Of a stretch of DNA of 57,931 bases, positions 1 to 9,075 are shown piece by piece (within the stretch, counting starts at the first letter, position 1; the number at the start of each line of letters is the position of its first letter). The translations under genes and the position numbers were made by a program. This DNA comes from Actinomycetes bacterium. GTDB taxonomy: Bacteria > Actinomycetota > Actinomycetes > Actinomycetales > Demequinaceae. The DNA is taken from NCBI GenBank assembly GCA_003242455.2, contig QGUM02000001.1, positions 1 to 57,931 of the forward strand, written 5' to 3'. The notes beneath the pieces are model-generated. The model was not told the origin of the DNA. It made no database searches and was given only the letters and a program-made list of their open reading frames with translations.

Positions 1-98
1 GCGTCCCGCACGAATCTCGAGTAGCCGCCTCAGTACAGGCGCTGTGCGTTCATGCCTCCAACATCGCGCGCGGGACCGACACCCCGTAGCCTGCCGGT

Positions 99-377
99 AT
101 GGGACTGCGCGATCTGTTCGGGCTCGCCAAGGGCGACCTCACCACGACCCTCATGAAGGAGGCCGAGGCTGCTCGCGACGCCGGGGCGTCGCGGGTCAGC
201 AGGATGAAGGCCTGGAACGCCATCGCGGGGACCGCGACGGACTGGCGCAGCCAGGTGGTCGCTGAGGTCCAGGCCGGCCGCAAGCTCGACGCGATCAAGA
301 TCTATCGCGAGAACACGGGCACGAGCCTTGCCGCGGCCAAGGAGGCTGTTGACAGGCTCGAGGCCGGGCTTCCCTGA
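99..377 (+). CDS. Small protein with ribosomal L7/L12 C-terminal-like motif (not the ribosomal rplL)
   Basis: GRKLDAIKIYRENTGTSLAAAKEAVDRL motif; TAGCCT -10 6 nt before ATG. Confidence 0.7.
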   Translation: MGLRDLFGLAKGDLTTTLMKEAEAARDAGASRVSRMKAWNAIAGTATDWRSQVVAEVQAGRKLDAIKIYRENTGTSLAAAKEAVDRLEAGLP

Positions 378-420
378 CGGACGCGCACCTCTCAGGGGCG
401 ACACCGCTGAGCCCCGGGCA

Positions 421-446
421 ATTACGCAACATCGACCTTGCGAAAT
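421..446. promoter_or_regulatory. Imperfect inverted repeat upstream of iron-uptake operon (putative operator)
   Basis: ATTACGCAA-N8-TTGCGAAAT (8/9 match); TACACT -10-like at 452-457. Confidence 0.35.
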
Positions 447-506
447 GCCGCTACACTTGCAGAGGCCCAGATGTGGGCCCGCGCTCAGTGAGCACCCGGA
501 GCAGCC

Positions 507-1550
507 ATGACGACCGTCGCCACCGCGACCGTGCGACCCCCGTCGCGCCGCTTCGTCGTACGCCGACGGCTGTGGCTGGCGCTCGCCGCGGCCCTCGCCC
601 TCGTGCTCCTCGCCGCCGCGCTCTCGCTGGCCATCGGCGCCCGCGACATCCCGCTCGGCACGGTGTGGGCCTCCTTCGCCGACTACGACGCGGCCAACCC
701 CGAGCACATGCTCGTGCGCGACGGCCGCGTCGCCCGCACCGTCATCGGCCTCGTGGCCGGCGCCTGCCTCGCCCTCGCCGGGGCGCTCGCGCAGTCCGTC
801 ACCCGCAACCCGCTTGCGGACCCCGGCATCCTGGGCATCAACGCGGGCGCCGCCCTCGCGGTCGTGCTGGGCCTGACCGTCTTCTCCGTCACGAGCTTCA
901 CCGGCCAGGTGTGGCTCGCGTTCGCCGGGGCGGCCGCGGCCGCCCTCGCCGTCCTCGTCATCGGCGGCCACGGCGTCGCCTCGCCCGTGCGCCTCGCCCT
1001 GGCCGGCGCAGCGATCACCGCGGCGCTGACCGCCGTCACGTCCGGCATCCTGGTCGCCGAGCCCTTCGCGCTCGGCGAGTTCCGCTTCTGGCTCGCGGGC
1101 TCCCTGACGGGCCGCGCGAGCATCCCGATCGTTCCCGTGCTCGGCGTGGCCGCCTCTGCGGCCGTGCTCGCCTTCCTCGGCGTGCGGCCGCTCAGCGCTC
1201 TCGCCCTGGGCGACGATGCCGCGGCCTCCCTGGGAGTTCGCGCCTGGCGCACGCGGGTGGTCGTCATGGTGGCGGTGGCGCTCCTCGCCGGCATCGCGAC
1301 GGCTCTCGCCGGACCGATCATGTTCATCGGCCTGGCGGTGCCGCACCTCGTCCGTGCGGTGGCCGGCGCGAGCCTCGGCTGGCTCTTCACTCTGTCGCTG
1401 CCCATGGGCGCTGCGCTCGTGCTGCTGTGCGACATCGCGGGCCGCGTGCTCGCCCGTCCGGGCGAGATCCCCGTGGGCGTGACCACATCCCTGCTCGGCG
1501 GCGCCGCGCTCGCACTGCTCGCGAGCCGTCTCAAGGTGGTGAGCCTGTGA
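507..1550 (+). CDS. Iron-siderophore ABC transporter permease (FecCD family)
   Basis: TRNPLADPGILGINAGA, LALGDDAAASLG, GPIMFIGLAVPH motifs; hydrophobic. Confidence 0.93.
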   Translation: MTTVATATVRPPSRRFVVRRRLWLALAAALALVLLAAALSLAIGARDIPLGTVWASFADYDAANPEHMLVRDGRVARTVIGLVAGACLALAGALAQSVTRNPLADPGILGINAGAALAVVLGLTVFSVTSFTGQVWLAFAGAAAAALAVLVIGGHGVASPVRLALAGAAITAALTAVTSGILVAEPFALGEFRFWLAGSLTGRASIPIVPVLGVAASAAVLAFLGVRPLSALALGDDAAASLGVRAWRTRVVVMVAVALLAGIATALAGPIMFIGLAVPHLVRAVAGASLGWLFTLSLPMGAALVLLCDIAGRVLARPGEIPVGVTTSLLGGAALALLASRLKVVSL

Positions 1551-2590
1551 CCGCCCTCGCCGCCCGGCTGCGCTCCCAGCGCTCGATGCTGCGCCTTCCT
1601 CCCAGCCGCATCCGCACCGTCGGCTGGGTGCTCGCTGTCGTCGCGTGCGTGCTCGTGGTCGTCTCGCTGACGACGGGGACGGTCTCCGTGCCGTTCCTCG
1701 ACGCCCTGCGTGCGGCGGTCGGCATCGACACGGACGGGAGTGCGGACTTCATCGTGGGCCAGGTGCGCGCTCCGCGCGTCTTGACCACAGTCGCGGTGGG
1801 CGCGCTCCTGGGCCTCGCGGGCTGCCTCATGCAGTCTGTGGTGCGCAACGAGCTCGCGTCGCCGGACATCCTGGGAGTGAGCGCCGGAGCGGCTGCCGCC
1901 GCGGTCGTCTTCATCTTCCTCACGGGCACCACGTCCTCGCTTGCGATCGCGCCAGCGGCCGTCGTCGGCGCGCTGGCCACGGCCGCTCTCATCGTCGCCC
2001 TCGGGGCGCGCGGCCGGCTCGAGCCGCTGCGCATGATCATCGCGGGCATCGGTGTGGGCTTCGTCGCCACCTCGACCGTGACCTACCTGCTGACCCGCAT
2101 CCCCGAGAAGCTCGTGTCGCACGCCTACGCCTGGACCATCGGCTCGACGAACGCTCGCACGTGGCAGCACGTCGCGCTCGCGGCCGGGGCGCTCGTGCTG
2201 ACCGTCCCGGTGGCGCTGCTGCTCACCCGCTCGCTGCGCGCGCTCGAGATGGGCGACGACCTCGCGGCGAGCCTGGGCGTGCGCGTCCGCTCGGTGCGCC
2301 TGGGCACGATGGCGCTCGGCGCCGCCGCCGCCGGGCTGGCGGCCGCGCTCGTGGGTCCCGTCGGCTTCGTCGCGCTCGTCGCGCCGGCGCTCGCCCGGCG
2401 CATCACGCGCACGGGAGCCATCGCTCCCGTCCCGGCGATGCTCATGGGCTCCGTGCTGCTGCTGATCGCGGACTACGCGGCGCGCGAGATGTTCAGCCCC
2501 ACGCAGATGCCGGTGGGCCTGTTCACGGCGCTCGTGGGCGCCCCGTATCTGGTGTGGCTGCTGATCAGGAGCAGGAGGGCCTACGTATGA
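1547..2590 (+). CDS. Iron-siderophore ABC transporter permease (FecCD family)
   Basis: RNELASPDILG, LEMGDDLAASLG; GTGA overlap with previous gene; C-terminal part of track ORF 473..2590. Confidence 0.92.
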   Translation: MTALAARLRSQRSMLRLPPSRIRTVGWVLAVVACVLVVVSLTTGTVSVPFLDALRAAVGIDTDGSADFIVGQVRAPRVLTTVAVGALLGLAGCLMQSVVRNELASPDILGVSAGAAAAAVVFIFLTGTTSSLAIAPAAVVGALATAALIVALGARGRLEPLRMIIAGIGVGFVATSTVTYLLTRIPEKLVSHAYAWTIGSTNARTWQHVALAAGALVLTVPVALLLTRSLRALEMGDDLAASLGVRVRSVRLGTMALGAAAAGLAAALVGPVGFVALVAPALARRITRTGAIAPVPAMLMGSVLLLIADYAAREMFSPTQMPVGLFTALVGAPYLVWLLIRSRRAYV

Positions 2591-3519
2591 CCGGCGAGCA
2601 CGAGGACGCCGTGACGACCGATGCCGCCCCGGTCCGGGACGCGGGCCTCGGCTCAGCATCTGCCCAGGGCGCCGAGGAGGGCGCCGCGCGCCTGACCGCG
2701 CGTGAGCTGTCGCTTGCCTACGGCGACGCGCGCGTCGTCCACTCCGTCGACGTGGAGATCCCGCCGGGCGCCGTCACGGCGGTCGTCGGCCCGAACGGCT
2801 GCGGGAAGTCGACGCTCCTGCGGGCTCTCGCCCGGCTGCACCCCGCCCAGACCGGCCGTGTGCTGCTCGACGGCCGCGACATCCACTCGCGCCCCACGCG
2901 CGAGGTGGCGCGGGAGCTCGGCCTGCTGCCGCAGTCGCCCATCGCCCCCGGCGGCATCACGGTGCGTGATCTCGTGGGCCGCGGCCGCATCCCGCACCTG
3001 ACCGCATTGCGTCCGTGGGGTCCGGAGGACTCGCGAGCCGTGCAGGCCGCCCTCGAGGCGACGGGGCTGACGGGCCTCGCGGAGCGCCCCGTCGACTCCC
3101 TCTCCGGCGGTCAGCGCCAGCGCGCCTGGATCGCGCTCGCGCTTGCGCAGGAGACCGAGCTGCTGCTCCTCGACGAGCCCACGACGTTCCTCGACATCGC
3201 GCACCAGTACGAGGTGCTCGACCTGCTCCACCACCTGTCCCGCGGGGGCCGCACCGTGGTGGTGGTGCTCCACGACCTCGGACAGGCCGCGCGCTATGCC
3301 GACCACCTCATCCTCATGAGCGCCGGCCTCATCCTGGCGCGCGGCGCCGCGAGCGATGTGCTCACCGCGCAGCGCGTGTCGGCGGCCTTCGGCCTCGAGG
3401 TCACCGTGGTGCCGGATCCCGTGACCGGCACTCCCCTGATTGTCCCGCTGGGGACGCCCGCCGGGCGTCCCTCGATTGCACGTGCCCGCGCCGCGGGCAG
3501 ATCCGAGAGGAAGCCATGA
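2587..3519 (+). CDS. Iron-siderophore ABC transporter ATP-binding protein
   Basis: Walker A GPNGCGKST, LSGGQRQR, LLLDEPT; ATGA overlap. Confidence 0.94.
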   Translation: MTGEHEDAVTTDAAPVRDAGLGSASAQGAEEGAARLTARELSLAYGDARVVHSVDVEIPPGAVTAVVGPNGCGKSTLLRALARLHPAQTGRVLLDGRDIHSRPTREVARELGLLPQSPIAPGGITVRDLVGRGRIPHLTALRPWGPEDSRAVQAALEATGLTGLAERPVDSLSGGQRQRAWIALALAQETELLLLDEPTTFLDIAHQYEVLDLLHHLSRGGRTVVVVLHDLGQAARYADHLILMSAGLILARGAASDVLTAQRVSAAFGLEVTVVPDPVTGTPLIVPLGTPAGRPSIARARAAGRSERKP

Positions 3520-4571
3520 ACAACCAGCGGAAGCTGCAGTTTGCCGCCGCCTTCATCGCGCTGAGCGTCGCGCTGTCTGCGTGCTCGTCGAGCGACGCGC
3601 CGGAGGCGACCGAAGGCGCGGGCGAGGAGCCCGCCGCGTCGGGCGCGTTCCCGGTGGAGATCGAGAACAAGTTCGGCACGACCGTCATCCCCGAGCAGCC
3701 CGAGCGCATCATCACGGTGGGCTTTCACGAGCAGGACTGGCTCTACGCCCTGGGCATCGCCCCGGTGGCCGTCCGCGAGTGGTACGGCGGCTACGAGTAC
3801 GCGACGTGGCCGTGGGCCGATGAGGCCCGCCAGGCCGTGGGCGCCGAGCCCGAGGTGCTGTCCAACACCGAGCTGAACTTCGAGCAGATCGCCGCGCTCG
3901 ATCCCGACCTCATCATCGCGACGTGGTCGGGCATCACCGAGGAGGAGTACGGCCTGCTGTCGCAGATCGCCCCGACCCTGGCGCAGAGCGGCGACTGGGC
4001 CGACTACGGCATGCCCTTCGAGGAGGAGACCCGCATGATCGCCAAGGCGGTCGGCAAGGTCGAGGAGGGCGAGGCGATCATCGCCGAGATCGACGCGGCC
4101 TTCGTCGAGGCCCGCGCGGCGCACCCGGAGTGGGAGGGCAGGACCACCGCGGTGGGCTTCCTCTACGAGGGCCAGCCGGGCGTGTACTTCAGTTACGACC
4201 CGCGCCCGCAGTTCCTCGCCCGCCTGGGACTGGACCCGACGCCGGCCGACACGCTGGGCGACCCGGAGACCGACTTCTACGTGTCCGTCAGCCCTGAGCG
4301 CCTCGACTCCTTCCCCTTCGAGTCGATCGTGTGGCTCGCCTCCCTGTCGCCCGACACCCAGGCGCAGATCGAGGCGATGGCCCTCTATCCGCAGATGACC
4401 GCCACCAAGACCGGCGGCCACATCTGGTCCACCGACGGCGTGTTCGAGGGGGCCTTCTCCTTCGCGAGCCCGCTGTCGCAGCTGTATGCCCTGAGCAAGC
4501 TCATCCCGAGCCTCGAGGGTGCCTTCGACGGCGACCCGTCGAGCCCGGCTCCCGCCATCACGGCTGACTGA
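3516..4571 (+). CDS. Iron-siderophore ABC substrate-binding lipoprotein
   Basis: Lipobox LSAC; FPVEIENKFGTTVIPEQPERII, NFEQIAALDPDLII. Confidence 0.92.
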   Translation: MNNQRKLQFAAAFIALSVALSACSSSDAPEATEGAGEEPAASGAFPVEIENKFGTTVIPEQPERIITVGFHEQDWLYALGIAPVAVREWYGGYEYATWPWADEARQAVGAEPEVLSNTELNFEQIAALDPDLIIATWSGITEEEYGLLSQIAPTLAQSGDWADYGMPFEEETRMIAKAVGKVEEGEAIIAEIDAAFVEARAAHPEWEGRTTAVGFLYEGQPGVYFSYDPRPQFLARLGLDPTPADTLGDPETDFYVSVSPERLDSFPFESIVWLASLSPDTQAQIEAMALYPQMTATKTGGHIWSTDGVFEGAFSFASPLSQLYALSKLIPSLEGAFDGDPSSPAPAITAD

Positions 4572-4575
4572 GCGC

Positions 4576-4612
4576 GGCGGGGCGCCGCCGTCGGGACAGG
4601 CGACGCCCCGCC
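4576..4612 (+). terminator. GC-rich stem-loop after binding-protein gene (terminator or mRNA stabiliser)
   Basis: GGCGGGGCGCCGCC-N9-GGCGACGCCCCGCC, 14-bp stem with one mismatch. Confidence 0.5.
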
Positions 4613-4656
4613 CATCCGTGGATGTCCCGCAGACTTGACAGGAAAGGGAGGCGCGC

Positions 4657-5487
4657 ATGGAGTGCATCCATGGCGCGCGCGTGAGCGCGCGCGAGCAGAT
4701 CAGCCCTCTGATGGTGCGTCTCACCCTCGAGCTCGACGAGCCCGGCGCATGGGTCAGCACCGGCGTGGGAGACGAGTTCGTCCACGTCGACTTCGGCGCC
4801 ACGTCGATGGACGCCGATGGCCACACGGAGCGCCACTACACGGTGTCCGGCCTGGCAGACGGCGGCATCGAGATGGAGATCTTTGTGCACGGCCACGGGC
4901 AGGGCTCCGAGTGGGCGCGCACGTGCTGCGTGGGCGACAGGGTGGAGATCTCCGATCCGTGGGCGTATTACAAGCCCCCGGCCGACGCCGGGCTGCGCGT
5001 GCTCGTGGGCGACCTCACGGCCCTGCCAGGGATCGCGCGCATCCTCAAGGAGGCGTCGCCGCAGGAGCGGTTCCACGTCCTCGTCGAGGTGCCGGACATG
5101 AGCGAGAAGCGCGAGCTGCCCTCCCCCGCACAGGTGACGACGGAGTGGCGCATCGGCGGCAACGGCATCGGGCCCTCCGGGGTGTGCGAGTCGCTGCGCT
5201 CGATGCACAAGCACGGGATCCTCGAGCCCGACTGCTACGTGTGGGTCGCATGCGAGTCCAAGGAGTCGCGTCGCGCGCGCATGCTGCTGCGCCAGGAGGT
5301 GGGACTGCCGATCAGGCAGCAGCGCCTCGTGGGCTACTGGCACGCGAACCTCGAAGAGGTCATGGAGAAGTGGAACGCGCTGCCCGAGGAGGTCAAGGAG
5401 GAGTACCTGGCCATCTGGCGCGAGGACCGCTCCGACGAGGAGAACTGGACCGAGCTCGAGCCGTTCCTGCAGAAGCACGGCGCCTGA
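4657..5487 (+). CDS. Siderophore-interacting protein (ViuB/YqjH-type FAD reductase)
   Basis: RHYTV, VHGHGQGSEWA, GDLTALPGIARI, WVACES, GYW motifs; GGGAGG RBS. Confidence 0.88.
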   Translation: MECIHGARVSAREQISPLMVRLTLELDEPGAWVSTGVGDEFVHVDFGATSMDADGHTERHYTVSGLADGGIEMEIFVHGHGQGSEWARTCCVGDRVEISDPWAYYKPPADAGLRVLVGDLTALPGIARILKEASPQERFHVLVEVPDMSEKRELPSPAQVTTEWRIGGNGIGPSGVCESLRSMHKHGILEPDCYVWVACESKESRRARMLLRQEVGLPIRQQRLVGYWHANLEEVMEKWNALPEEVKEEYLAIWREDRSDEENWTELEPFLQKHGA

Positions 5488-5553
5488 CCCGCGCCTGACC
5501 CGCGCCCTGGGGGCGTCGGCGCCGCGCGCCTGGGCGCCGGACCGCGACGCGGC

Positions 5554-6138
5554 CTAGACGCCCTGCGGGTCGAACGTGCCGGTGAGCACCCATTCGAGCG
5601 CACCGGGGAACGGGCCGTGGCCGTCGTTCGGATTCAGGTGGCCCTCGCCGGGGACGATGTGGATCTCCGCATCCCAGCCGGCGACGAACTCCCGCGCGTC
5701 CGTGGTGCGGTACTCGTCCTTCTCCCGCAGCACCACGGTGGCGGGCACCGCCGCCACTGCGGCGGCCTGGTCGATGCCCTCGAGTCCGAAGGGCCGCAGC
5801 TGTCCTCCCAGGCGGTCCTGTGACGGCGGCGCGGTGATGAGGACGCGATCCGCAGCGGCCAGGCCGCGTGAGGCGAGGTGGCGCCACAGCACCGTGCCGA
5901 GCGAGTGGGTGACGACGATGCGCTCGGCGTCGGGGTCCGCGTTCAGCTGCTCCAGCTCGGCCTGCGCAAGCGCGAGCCACTCCTCGAGCACCGGCTCGTC
6001 CGGCGTGGGGAGCTGTGGGTACTGCACCGGGATGCCGCGCTGGCGCAGCTCCTCCGCGAGCCACCACAGCCAGTGCTCACGAGGCCGGTGGTGCCCCAAG
6101 CCGTGCAGGATGAGGACGCGCGAGGCGGGCTTCGACAT
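5554..6138 (-). CDS. RBBP9/YdeN-family alpha/beta hydrolase
   Basis: LILHGL, HWLWWL, THSLG nucleophile, GEGHLN; start MSKPASR inside track ORF 5554..7188. Confidence 0.85.
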   Translation of the reverse strand: MSKPASRVLILHGLGHHRPREHWLWWLAEELRQRGIPVQYPQLPTPDEPVLEEWLALAQAELEQLNADPDAERIVVTHSLGTVLWRHLASRGLAAADRVLITAPPSQDRLGGQLRPFGLEGIDQAAAVAAVPATVVLREKDEYRTTDAREFVAGWDAEIHIVPGEGHLNPNDGHGPFPGALEWVLTGTFDPQGV

Positions 6139-6143
6139 GGCGC

Positions 6144-7286
6144 CTAGAGTACCGACGCCATGCGACGCACGGCCTCCTCGATGATCGCCGGGCTCGTGGC
6201 GATGTTGAGGCGCACGTGGCCGGCTCCCCCGGTGCCGAAGGTCGGGCCCGAGTTGAACGCGACGCGTCCCTTCGTGAGGAACACGGCGGCCGGGTCGTCG
6301 CCCAGTCCCAGGCCCCGGCAGTCGATCCACGTCAGGTAGGTGGCCTGGGGGACGTGGTAGCGCGCGCCGGGAAGGTGCTCGGCAAGGAGCTCTCCCAGCA
6401 GGCGGCGGTTCTCGTCCAGGCCGCGCAGGACGTCGGCGAGCCAGTCGCGGCAGTCGTTCCAGGCGACCGTCTGCGCGATGGTGCCCAGGTGCGTCGGCCA
6501 GTGATGCGCGCCGGCCATGAGCGCGCGCTTGAGCTCGCCCGCCTCCGGGCCGAACACGACGATCGCGCCCGGCACAGCCGCGAGGTTCCAGCCCTTGGAG
6601 GCGGCGTGCACGGCGACGCCACGGGGGTCCACCGTGAGGTACGGGACGTATGTCGAGTCGCTGTAGACGATGGGCGCGTGGATCTCGTCGGAGACCACCT
6701 GGACGCCGTGGCGCGCCGCGAGCTCCGCCACCTGCTCCAGCTCCTCGCGGGTGTGGACGGTGCCGCCGGGGTTGTGCGGGTTGCACAGCAGGAACGCGGC
6801 GGAGCGACCGCCGGCCGTCGCCGCGGCGAAGGCGCTCGCGAGCGCGTCGAGGTCGATGCGCATGTCCTCGGTGAGCGGAGCCTCGAGGATCTCGCGCCCG
6901 GCCTCGCGCAGGTAGGTGTAGAAGGGCGGGTAGACCGGCGAGGTGACCACGACGTGCGAGCCGACGTCGGTCGCGGCGAGGATCGCGTCGGTGTAGCCCA
7001 CGATGACCGACGCGATGGGGCGCATGTCGGCGACGGCGGGCTCCCATCCCCAGCTGTCGGCGGCGAATGACGCTAGCGCCTCCCGGAACTTCCACGAGCC
7101 CGGGTAGCCCATGTCGCCCTCGCGCACCGCCTTGACCAGGGCGTCGGCGATGGGCTCGGCGAGCGGCACGTCCATCTCCGCGACCCACAGGGGCAGCACG
7201 TCAGGGCCGTACTGCGTCCACTTGATGCTCGTGCGCGTGCGCAGCTGGTCGAGGGTGAGCGCGGCGAAGGGGTTGGCGGCGGTCAT
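6144..7286 (-). CDS. MalY/PatB-family PLP-dependent cystathionine beta-lyase
   Basis: LPLWVAEMD, LCNPHNPGG, SDEIH, ASKGWN, TYLTWID, RLNIAT. Confidence 0.92.
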   Translation of the reverse strand: MTAANPFAALTLDQLRTRTSIKWTQYGPDVLPLWVAEMDVPLAEPIADALVKAVREGDMGYPGSWKFREALASFAADSWGWEPAVADMRPIASVIVGYTDAILAATDVGSHVVVTSPVYPPFYTYLREAGREILEAPLTEDMRIDLDALASAFAAATAGGRSAAFLLCNPHNPGGTVHTREELEQVAELAARHGVQVVSDEIHAPIVYSDSTYVPYLTVDPRGVAVHAASKGWNLAAVPGAIVVFGPEAGELKRALMAGAHHWPTHLGTIAQTVAWNDCRDWLADVLRGLDENRRLLGELLAEHLPGARYHVPQATYLTWIDCRGLGLGDDPAAVFLTKGRVAFNSGPTFGTGGAGHVRLNIATSPAIIEEAVRRMASVL

Positions 7287-7356
7287 GGGGACAGTGTCGC
7301 ACCTGTCCGATGCTGCAGCGGCGGAGGGGCGGTGCCGGACGGGCCGACGCCGTCGC

Positions 7357-7491
7357 CTACGCGCCTTCGTTCTCGGGGTACTCGGAGAACGCGTACTCGC
7401 GCCAGGAGCTGTAGTTCTGCGGGAGGTCGATGCGCTGGTTGGGAGCCACCATGGGCTCGGACGCGGCAGCGTCCTTCTCGGTGTCGAGCAT
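7357..7491 (-). CDS. Putative 44-aa small protein MLDTEKDAAASEPMVAPNQRIDLPQNYSSWREYAFSEYPENEGA
   Basis: Read by hand (below track cutoff); nearly all codons end in G/C; GAAGGA RBS; upstream promoter. Confidence 0.65.
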   Translation of the reverse strand: MLDTEKDAAASEPMVAPNQRIDLPQNYSSWREYAFSEYPENEGA

Positions 7492-7607
7492 GGCTCGGCA
7501 GGGTTCCTTCCGTCGGTGCCGCTTGTGGCGGCGTCGGCGTGCTGGAGGGCGGCGCCCCCTGGTCAGGGGCGCGCCTCGACGTCCGATGTCGGTGGGGGGA
7601 CTGGACG

Positions 7608-7636
7608 ATGCTAGGGAAGGCCCACCGGGGCCGCAA
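7608..7636 (-). promoter_or_regulatory. Sigma70-type promoter for the small ORF
   Basis: Minus strand TTGCGG-17 nt-TAGCAT; adjacent CRP-like TGTGA-N6-TCTCA at 7642-7657. Confidence 0.5.
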
Positions 7637-7654
7637 CAGGATGTGACGCGGGTC

Positions 7655-8134
7655 TCACCGAGCGCGCGCGAGCTTGCCCATCAGACGGTCGTACTGCATC
7701 GACGCCTCGGCCATGCGCTCCACGCCGCCGATGTTGACGTACCCGCGCCGTTCGCGCTCCGCGGAGAACGCGTGGACGGTCACGATCCGGGTGCCCCGCG
7801 GCACCTCGGCGAACTCCGTGGTGATGTGCGTCGTGACGTCGGGGAAGAGCTCGGAGACGTAGGTCTGGATGACGCGCTGGTGGTGCTCCACCGTGAGGAA
7901 CGTGCCGTAGTACGACAGCTCGTGGCCCTGAGGGTCGCGCTGCACGAGGCGCCAGCGACCGTTCTCGACGAGGTCGATCTCCACGATCGGGTTGGTATAG
8001 CCCAGCGGCGCCCACCACTGCGCGACGTAGAGCGGCTCCCAGCGCGCGACCCACGCACGGTCCAGCGGCGCCTGCACGACTTCGGTCATCTCGATGACCG
8101 AGCGGTCCTCGGGAAGCGAGAACGTGCGTCGCAT
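7655..8134 (-). CDS. SRPBCC/AHSA1 domain protein
   Basis: VQAPLDRAW, AQWWAPLGY, IDLVENGRWR, YYGTFLTVEHHQRVIQT; GGAGG RBS before ATG 8134. Confidence 0.85.
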   Translation of the reverse strand: MRRTFSLPEDRSVIEMTEVVQAPLDRAWVARWEPLYVAQWWAPLGYTNPIVEIDLVENGRWRLVQRDPQGHELSYYGTFLTVEHHQRVIQTYVSELFPDVTTHITTEFAEVPRGTRIVTVHAFSAERERRGYVNIGGVERMAEASMQYDRLMGKLARAR

Positions 8135-8205
8135 CAGCACCTCCATTGGGACCAGGCGTCACCTCAAACTGTGGTGCGCCTGGCAGATGTGGTCAAGTGG
8201 AACGG

Positions 8206-9069
8206 CTAGGCAAGGAGACGCGCGAACGCCGCGGCGGCGCGCCCGGGAGCCTCGGGGTCGAGGCCCAGGAAGAGCGAGGGCTCGGTGAGCTCGAGCTCGA
8301 GCACCACGGGGCCGTCCGCGGTGGGCAGCAGGTCGATCCGTGCATATGCCAGGTCGGCAGCCTCCGGGACGATGCCGGGAAGGGTCGTGAGGATGCGGTC
8401 GGCGAGCTCGCGCTCGGCGGGAGTCGCCTGGGCGGCGACGACCTTCTCGTCGGCGTAGATGCCCGTGGACCACGACATGTCGCGCGACAGGATCGCCGCC
8501 TTGCGGGCGGCGTGGGAGAACTCTCCGCCGATGTACACGAGCGCGGTCTCGCCCTGGTCGTCGACCTGGTCGAGGTAGGGCTGGATCATCGCGACCTTGC
8601 CCATGGCGTGCAGCGCGGCCACGTGCTCGGTCGCGCCCGCCGGGTCGTCGTGGAAGAGCTTGGCGCCCTTGGAGCCAGCGCCCACGGTCGGCTTGACGAC
8701 GACGCGGCCGGCCAGGGCGTCGGCCGGCGCCTGCTCGCCCGGCTCGACGAAGACCGTGGGGACCGTGGGGATGCCGGCCGCAGCGGCGTCGGCGAGGTAG
8801 CGCTTGTCCGTGTTCCAGCGCAGCACAGGCAGCGGGTTCCACAGCCGCGTCACCGCGTCGACGCGCTCGAGCCAGGCGAGGAAGTCGTCGAGGTGCTCGG
8901 TGTAGTTCCACGTGGAGCGCAGGATCACCGCCGCGTAGCCGCCCCAGTCCACGTCCTCCTCCCACGCCACGACGTCCGCCTGGGAAAGGTGCGCGAGGAG
9001 GGATTCCTCGTCGGCGTCGAGGACCTCGAGATCGCGAGTGGTGGCGAGCGCGATGCGGGGCTCGGGCAT
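8206..9069 (-). CDS. RimK/glutathione-synthase-like ATP-grasp protein
   Basis: RSTWNY, WNTDKRYL, VVKPTVGAGS, QPYL, YARIDL, LELELTEPSLF. Confidence 0.85.
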   Translation of the reverse strand: MPEPRIALATTRDLEVLDADEESLLAHLSQADVVAWEEDVDWGGYAAVILRSTWNYTEHLDDFLAWLERVDAVTRLWNPLPVLRWNTDKRYLADAAAAGIPTVPTVFVEPGEQAPADALAGRVVVKPTVGAGSKGAKLFHDDPAGATEHVAALHAMGKVAMIQPYLDQVDDQGETALVYIGGEFSHAARKAAILSRDMSWSTGIYADEKVVAAQATPAERELADRILTTLPGIVPEAADLAYARIDLLPTADGPVVLELELTEPSLFLGLDPEAPGRAAAAFARLLA

Positions 9070-9075
9070 GGCGGG

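Noticed and set aside
5482-5510. Short tandem repeat CCTGACCCGCG x2 (similar small repeats at ~23059-23098 and ~49155-49195)
   Set aside because: Only 2-3 short copies without unique spacers; not CRISPR or REP arrays, likely slippage duplications
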